Virus record (IMG/VR): IMGVR_UViG_3300029794_000105
Location: 1 to 5,109 of that record
Reading direction: 5' to 3' (one strand)
Length of the DNA: 5,109 bases
DNA from: a virus
Shown one piece after another: positions 1 through 3,618 of this stretch. Numbering within the stretch: the stretch's first letter is position 1; the number at the start of each line of letters is the position of its first letter. Under the pieces are notes generated by a model. It searched no databases. It was not told the DNA's origin and saw nothing but the letters and a program-made list of their open reading frames with translations. The translations under genes were made by a program, and so were the position numbers.

Positions 1-123
1 AGTAGCAGTAACAGTAGGGATGACATAATCAGTACTATCGTCAGGGTCTTCCTGTTCGAAACAGAAATTCTGCCAATGGTCCCAAACTAGACGATTCGGG
101 ACGAAGAAGAAGAACCAGTCGAG
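1..123. repeat. Terminal redundancy of the window: 1..123 is base-for-base identical to 4987..5109, so the genome is a 4986-nt circle and the window is longer than the replicon
   Basis: Direct comparison of the first 123 nt (agtagcagtaacagtaggga...ccagtcgag) with 4987..5109 shows an identical string. The minus-strand VP1 reading frame is continuous across this junction; 4986 is divisible by 3, so frame is preserved. Confidence 0.9.
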
Positions 124-351
124 ATAGATATTATCCATGATGGGCTTAACAGGAGTAGCCAAACGAGCGAAGTAATTGACAGACATCCTAGTGGTGTCGC
201 CAGGCAATACTTCGTCGACGAATACAGGTATGAGCTTGCCTGAGTCGAAAGTCGTCTTATAGACATGTGAGCGGTCGAATTTAGTGCGACGCATATACAT
301 TGCAGGAGCATCGCTGAAGCGATGACCTCTAACTCTAATTTTTCGAGCCAA
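1..351 (-). CDS. VP1: Major capsid protein VP1, N-terminal part. It is continuous with 3619..4986 around the circle, for a total of about 556 codons if it starts at TTG 351-349, or 539 if at ATG 300-298
   Basis: The minus frame with codon tops at n=0 mod 3 reads HFEEGEI-L(ttg 351)-ARKIRVRGHRFSDAPA-M(300)-Y-M(294)-RRTKFDRSHVYKTTFDSGKLIPVFVDEVLPGDTTRMSVNYFARLATPVKPIMDNIYLDWFFFFVPNR... The in-frame TAA at 375-373 bounds it. FDRSH...LPGDT is the gokushovirus VP1 N-terminal motif. The TTG at 351 is preceded by GAAGGTGA (356-363) at ideal spacing, whereas the ATG at 300 has no SD. Confidence 0.85.
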   Translation of the reverse strand, partial: MARKIRVRGHRFSDAPAMYMRRTKFDRSHVYKTTFDSGKLIPVFVDEVLPGDTTRMSVNYFARLATPVKPIMDNIYLDWFFFFVPNRLVWDHWQNFCFEQEDPDDSTDYVIPTVTAT

Positions 352-355
352 TATT

Positions 356-363
356 TCACCTTC
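356..363 (-). promoter_or_regulatory. Shine-Dalgarno GAAGGTGA, 4 nt upstream of the in-frame TTG at 351-349 (candidate VP1 initiation site)
   Basis: The minus-strand sequence is gaaGAAGGTGAaataTTGgct. It is complementary to the anti-SD core, with a 4-nt spacer between the SD and the TTG. Confidence 0.5.
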
Positions 364-372
364 TTCGAAGTG

Positions 373-412
373 TTAACCTAATAATTAACCTAAAGAAAAT
401 TATTATTAGGTT
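373..412. repeat. Direct repeat TTAACCTAA x2 (373-381 and 385-393, 12-bp period) plus an 11-bp inverted repeat AACCTAATAAT (375-385) / ATTATTAGGTT (402-412). Sits in the AT-rich non-coding region upstream of VP1
   Basis: Read directly: ttaacctaa taa ttaacctaa agaaaattattattaggtt. The reverse complement of 402-412 equals 375-385 exactly. Confidence 0.7.
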
Positions 413-427
413 TCAGATTAATATTGC

Positions 428-470
428 GTCACCTACGCCAGTTACATCAAGTAAGTAACTGGCTCGGTGA
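428..470. other. GC-rich imperfect hairpin (outer stem GTCACC/GGTGAC, inner 8-bp stem CCAGTTAC/GTAACTGG, 9-nt loop) immediately 3' of the VP3 stop, flanked at 415-426 by the palindrome AATATTAAT. Candidate rolling-circle origin or packaging structure
   Basis: Plus strand GTCACC tacg CCAGTTAC atcaagtaa GTAACTGG ctc GGTGAC. Both stem pairs are exact reverse complements. This is the only GC-rich structured element in the sole sizeable non-coding region of the genome. Confidence 0.5.
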
Positions 471-473
471 CGC

Positions 474-956
474 CTATTCTTGTATTTTTTTATTATTTTG
501 TTCTAAAGTGTTACTTTTTTCTTGTGTTTGTTCACTATTTACGGACTGTTGTGGTTTATCAAAGGTAGAATTGCTACCATACAGACCTTGTTGCTGGAGA
601 TATTCGAGCGTTTCAGGGTTATTTAATTGGCTGATGAAATTCATGGGATCGTGACCGTATTTAGCTCGAACGTAAGCGGGCAGACTGTAGAATTCTTCAC
701 GAACTCCGGAAACAAGCTCGAGAGCGGTACTATAGTCACCGGGAAGCGTTGCATCTCCGAACTGCAGATAAGCATACTGCGAACTATCGCCGAGATCGAG
801 AGTAGCTATGCCTTTCTGACCATCTGCATATTTATTAACAATGTAATTGATATCAGTTTCATCTTTTTCGTCCTGAACCGTGAGGGAGGGCATTGTGAAT
901 TCAATGCCGCAATGATCATGTTCTTCTACTGAGTCGTAAGCTGTCTTAAATTTCAT
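474..956 (-). CDS. VP3: Internal scaffolding protein VP3-like (160 aa, strongly acidic)
   Basis: ATG at 956-954 is preceded by a near-perfect SD AAGGAGGTGA (961-970) with a 4-nt spacer (aac before the ATG). The protein MKFKTAYDSVEEHDHCGIEFTMPSLTVQDEKDETDINYIVNKYADG... is acidic, of typical gokushovirus VP3 size, and sits directly upstream of VP1 after the intergenic region. Assigned from composition, size, synteny and a remembered resemblance to gokushovirus VP3 N-termini; not confirmed by search. Confidence 0.7.
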   Translation of the reverse strand: MKFKTAYDSVEEHDHCGIEFTMPSLTVQDEKDETDINYIVNKYADGQKGIATLDLGDSSQYAYLQFGDATLPGDYSTALELVSGVREEFYSLPAYVRAKYGHDPMNFISQLNNPETLEYLQQQGLYGSNSTFDKPQQSVNSEQTQEKSNTLEQNNKKIQE

Positions 957-960
957 AGTT

Positions 961-970
961 TCACCTCCTT
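961..970 (-). promoter_or_regulatory. Strong ribosome binding site AAGGAGGTGA for VP3
   Basis: Plus strand tcacctcctt is the reverse complement of AAGGAGGTGA, then aac, then the ATG. Confidence 0.7.
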
Positions 971-1004
971 TCGAATGCGCCTAGACGCGGCGGGCGTAGC
1001 GCAC

Positions 1005-1039
1005 AAAAAAAGGGCGATCTCCGTGAGATCGTCCTTTTT
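1005..1039. terminator. Bidirectional rho-independent terminator: A7, then a 10-bp stem (GGGCGATCTC / GAGATCGTCC, one G-T position), 3-nt loop, then T5. On the sense (minus) strand the hairpin is followed by U7
   Basis: aaaaaaaGGGCGATCTCcgtGAGATCGTCCttttt read directly. Located in the 109-nt gap between the ORF95 stop (1066) and the VP3 start (956). Confidence 0.6.
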
Positions 1040-1056
1040 CTGATACGCTCTATATT

Positions 1057-1085
1057 AGATTATCATTAGATAGAGTCATTGTCAA
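1057..1085 (-). promoter_or_regulatory. Sigma70-like promoter candidate on the sense strand: consensus -35 TTGACA (1085-1080), 17-nt spacer, -10 TAATCT (1062-1057)
   Basis: Minus strand TTGACAatgactctatctaatgaTAATCT. The -35 is perfect; the -10 retains A2 and T6 only. It is odd because the terminator hairpin lies about 20 nt downstream of the predicted start. Confidence 0.3.
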
Positions 1086-1353
1086 TATCCTGCACGTAAT
1101 CTACGGCGCGACCAACCAATACAGGAACGCGGGATTCGTCAGAACTTTCAATATAATAACGGCCATCAGAATCGCCAAGGTTACCGATGTAATAAAGACT
1201 AAAATCTTCAGGATAGCTATTAATAAGCGTCTTATCATCATTGCATAAACCCTCGAAAGCTCGCAGAGCGAGCATGTCATTATGGTAGACCTGTGGGGGG
1301 CTGAATTGTTCAGCCTTGGAGTCATAAATGGAATAGAGTCTCAGTGTCAACAT
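1066..1353 (-). CDS. Hypothetical protein, 95 aa, strongly acidic (about 17 D/E vs 7 K/R), unknown function. Occupies the VP4-VP3 accessory interval
   Basis: ATG at 1353-1351 is directly abutted by AAGGAG (cgaaAAGGAGatg; spacing is suboptimal, and a TTG second codon is an alternative). It overlaps the end of ORF94 by 32 nt in another frame and fills otherwise non-coding space in a compact genome. No recognisable motif. Confidence 0.5.
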   Translation of the reverse strand: MLTLRLYSIYDSKAEQFSPPQVYHNDMLALRAFEGLCNDDKTLINSYPEDFSLYYIGNLGDSDGRYYIESSDESRVPVLVGRAVDYVQDIDNDSI

Positions 1354-1606
1354 CTCCTTTTCGTAAGTGGATTATAAACCGACGAATCATAAGGTGCGTA
1401 GAATTAGGTATAACGAAATAATCAGAATCAAGTCGAATAACATTATAACCGTCAGGTTTGAGTCGATAGGCAGCGTATTTAGAACCTCTGAAAACGAACT
1501 TAAAGGGTATACCTTTATGTTTGCAAAAGGATTTGACGGCAGCAAATTCGCTAGAAAATCGTTCGATATAATCACCTTCTTTCTGACCTAATAATAACAC
1601 AATCAT
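1322..1606 (-). CDS. Hypothetical protein, 94 aa, in the position occupied by VP5 in chlamydiaphage-type gokushoviruses (immediately 3' of Rep). Translationally coupled to VP4 by an ATGA overlap
   Basis: Start ATG 1606-1604 overlaps the VP4 stop TGA 1605-1603. Upstream AAGGT is 6 nt from the ATG. Protein MIVLLLGQKEGDYIERFSSEFAAVKSFCKHKGIPFKF... is mildly basic with no TM segment. Confidence 0.55.
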   Translation of the reverse strand: MIVLLLGQKEGDYIERFSSEFAAVKSFCKHKGIPFKFVFRGSKYAAYRLKPDGYNVIRLDSDYFVIPNSTHLMIRRFIIHLRKGDVDTETLFHL

Positions 1607-2514
1607 AATACCTTGTCAAGCTTTCTGCCGAGAAAATGCTTATACTTACCTTCCTGAACGCGACAACGATCAATCAATCGCTCGAAAGTATTATTCTCCA
1701 AGTTATGAAGCATCTTCTCAATGCGATTATTACGAATGTATTCCATCCAGTGAGGATGTGTTTCATTGAATTTATTGTCGTAATAATGAGGAGGACGCAT
1801 CTTCTTACCGTTGATAACAACGAAATCATTAGCATAACACTCTTCACCATGCTCTTCAAGCCATTTTCCGCCTATGCCAGGACGATTGGATGCAAGCATA
1901 AACTCAGGCGTACGGCCATTATAGTGAGCAGCAGCTTTACTGCCAGTCTGCTTCTTCACTATGTAACGCGCGACATAGGCAGCAGCATCGAAACTAAAGT
2001 CGCCAATAAGATGCATACCGTATTTCCATATCTTGGAGAAGCGAGCAGAAGTATAAGTGCTATAACCGTCTGTACGGAACCGAAAAACTTTGTCATCAAA
2101 ATTAATATTAAACAATATATAATGATAATGGGGACGACCATGAAGTTCACCATATTCACCACAGCCGAGGAAGCGAATGCCATTGCCATACTCACGACGA
2201 AGATTTTTCATGAACGTCTGATGAAATTTCTTGCTCAAACTTCTATCGCTCGGCAGATGATAATCGTCGAAAGTACAAGTAACGAAAAAAGCAGAGGACG
2301 AAGTACGGGCTTCGTGAACAGCTCTGACAGCCCATTGACGAGAGTTTTCAAGTCGACAACCGATGCACTGCTTGCAAGAACAACGAATGAACCGACTATC
2401 GTTAGCAAGTTCAGGGTGAGAAGCCAAGCTGCCGTAGAAACTATAATGTTGTTTTCCGTTTTTCGTAAATGCTCCTTCGACCGGGTACATGAGAATAGGA
2501 TTGTAGCATACCAT
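1603..2514 (-). CDS. VP4: Replication initiation protein VP4 (rolling-circle Rep, phiX174 gpA-like), 303 aa from ATG 2514. The ORF track's start at 2523 is an upstream GTG
   Basis: RCR motif I is FFVTCTFDD. Motif II is GRPHYHYILF. Motif III has two tyrosines, AAYVARYIVKK (compare phiX174 A YVAKYVNKK). The N-terminal Cys cluster CSCKQCIGCR is typical of microvirus Rep. N-terminus MVCYNP fits the microvirus MxCxxP start. SD AGGTGA lies 5 nt upstream of ATG 2514. Confidence 0.95.
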   Translation of the reverse strand: MVCYNPILMYPVEGAFTKNGKQHYSFYGSLASHPELANDSRFIRCSCKQCIGCRLENSRQWAVRAVHEARTSSSAFFVTCTFDDYHLPSDRSLSKKFHQTFMKNLRREYGNGIRFLGCGEYGELHGRPHYHYILFNINFDDKVFRFRTDGYSTYTSARFSKIWKYGMHLIGDFSFDAAAYVARYIVKKQTGSKAAAHYNGRTPEFMLASNRPGIGGKWLEEHGEECYANDFVVINGKKMRPPHYYDNKFNETHPHWMEYIRNNRIEKMLHNLENNTFERLIDRCRVQEGKYKHFLGRKLDKVL

Positions 2515-2556
2515 ATTAATCACCTGTACCGATTGTATCAGGATTAAGTCAGAATG

Positions 2557-2667
2557 TCAAATCCTAAATCCACCTCGTCCTACTCTCTTGAAATTCCTAC
2601 GACGAGATCTAGAGGTGCGCTGAAAGAGACGGCGAGAACCTCGCTTAGACACGCGGCGTCTTTTCAT
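2557..2667 (-). CDS. 36-aa arginine-rich micro-protein (MKRRRVSKRGSRRLFQRTSRSRRRNFKRVGRGGFRI; 14 R + 3 K). Candidate DNA-binding/condensing protein analogous to phiX174 J / chlamydiaphage ORF8. Absent from the ORF track because of its length
   Basis: Hand translation of the minus strand: ggagggatactaaATGAaaagacgccgcgtgtctaagcga...aggattTGA. The ATG (2667-2665) overlaps the TGA stop of the 79-aa ORF (ATGA). GGAGGG sits 7 nt upstream. An in-frame TAA immediately precedes the ATG, so the start is unambiguous. Stop TGA at 2559-2557. Its position directly upstream of Rep matches ORF8 of chlamydiaphages. Confidence 0.6.
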   Translation of the reverse strand: MKRRRVSKRGSRRLFQRTSRSRRRNFKRVGRGGFRI

Positions 2668-2903
2668 TTAGTATCCCTCCAAGAACCGAAAAAACGGCTA
2701 GTTTTTTTAGAATCATTCTTATTAGAAATTGGCTCAACAAGTTTGTCAACATCGTGCGAAAAGTCGGATGCGACTTTACTGGCAAGCTGAGTAGATGAAG
2801 TAGGACGACCTTTAAGTGCTTCGATCAGATCACAAACTTCCTGAATAAATGGAACAACAACGGTGACAATGAAAGTTAGAATCATAGTAGTTTTGTTAGA
2901 CAT
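2664..2903 (-). CDS. 79-aa small membrane protein: N-terminal single transmembrane helix (MILTFIVTVVVPFIQEV) and a hydrophilic C-terminal tail. Function unknown; candidate lysis or entry-associated protein
   Basis: ATG 2903-2901. The VP2 stop TAA (2920-2918) sits inside its SD (TAAGGAGtgcaaaatacATG). Downstream it is coupled by ATGA to the Arg-rich ORF. Same strand as all real genes, and it fills the VP2-VP4 interval. Confidence 0.6.
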   Translation of the reverse strand: MSNKTTMILTFIVTVVVPFIQEVCDLIEALKGRPTSSTQLASKVASDFSHDVDKLVEPISNKNDSKKTSRFFGSWRDTK

Positions 2904-2917
2904 GTATTTTGCACTCC

Positions 2918-3604
2918 TTACTTGAAAAGATAACCAATACCACGAAGAATATGGCCAAGACCTGAATTGCCAACACCTAACGAGTCATAGAAGTCAGCTT
3001 CCTGCTTCGAAAGACGGGCATTTTGGGCCGCGAAGCCCGCGGCAGAATTGGACTGATTAGCTGAAGCAATGTTGGAAAGTATGCCTGAAGAGAGATAGGA
3101 TCCTTGAAGCCTTAGGTTCTGCAGCTCCTGATCCATTCGCTGAAGCTCATAGCCAAGGCGTTTTTCGTAAGTCTGCTCGGCGAGATTAAGATTATTAGCC
3201 TTAATACCATTATCTAGAACTATTCCATGGGTCGCCTGACGCGTAGAATCAGCTTCTGCGACGTTTTTCTCAATTTGAGACACGGCAAGATGCTCGGCAT
3301 TCTTAGCCTGCCGTTCAGCGGCACTAGCAGCTCTAGCAGAGTTCATGGTAGAACCGATATCACTCATTCCGACAGAAGCAGCTGAAGCTCCAGCTATAGA
3401 ACCGCCTATACCATTAGTCGCAGCAAGAATAGGGTTAAGACCAGCTTTGCGCATATCTTCAACAGCCCATTGATAACGTTGTTTATAATTTTCAACGTTC
3501 CAAGCGTTAGCCTGTGCGGCGTTGGAAGAATTATAATGATTCTGAACTGCGGATCCAAAGATGGAACCAGCAACGCTGCCTAACGTATTAGAAAGCCATG
3601 ACAT
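2918..3604 (-). CDS. VP2: Minor capsid / DNA pilot protein VP2, 228 aa, Gly/Ala/Ser-rich
   Basis: Contains the hallmark gokushovirus VP2 block NAWNVENYKQRYQWAVEDMRKAGLNPILAA (N.W..E....Y...V.DM.KAGLNP.LA). ATG 3604-3602 is preceded by AAGGAG with a 10-nt spacer. Starts 14 nt after the VP1 stop. Confidence 0.88.
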   Translation of the reverse strand: MSWLSNTLGSVAGSIFGSAVQNHYNSSNAAQANAWNVENYKQRYQWAVEDMRKAGLNPILAATNGIGGSIAGASAASVGMSDIGSTMNSARAASAAERQAKNAEHLAVSQIEKNVAEADSTRQATHGIVLDNGIKANNLNLAEQTYEKRLGYELQRMDQELQNLRLQGSYLSSGILSNIASANQSNSAAGFAAQNARLSKQEADFYDSLGVGNSGLGHILRGIGYLFK

Positions 3605-3618
3605 ATAACCAACTCCTT

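Noticed and set aside
87-359. 90-aa minus-strand ORF in the +1 frame of the VP1 N-terminal region
   Set aside because: Its GTG start lies inside the VP1 Shine-Dalgarno (GAAGGTGA). It is fully overprinted on conserved VP1 codons, and its Ser/Leu-rich composition is typical of off-frame translation.
976-1003. GC-rich 28-nt patch (gcgcctagacgcggcgggcgtagcgcac) between the terminator and the VP3 SD
   Set aside because: I could not find a convincing palindrome or repeat in it. It may simply stabilise the terminator context or the 5' UTR of VP3.
1959-2195. 78-aa very hydrophobic ORF overprinted inside VP4 on the coding strand (considered as a phiX174 E-like embedded lysis gene). Similar hydrophobic off-frame ORFs occur at 1674..1859, 3828..4061, 4263..4451, 1101..1325 and 1387..1575
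   Set aside because: All use GTG/TTG starts with no upstream SD. Hydrophobic off-frame ORFs are the expected by-product of T-rich second codon positions. The embedded-gene idea cannot be excluded without comparative or ribosome-profiling data, but nothing in the sequence supports it. A stand-alone TM-protein ORF (2664..2903) already exists as a better lysis candidate.
1636-2547. 303-aa plus-strand ORF antisense to VP4
   Set aside because: It mirrors a long real gene on the opposite strand, gives a low-complexity hydrophobic translation, and has no SD. Microviruses transcribe one strand only.
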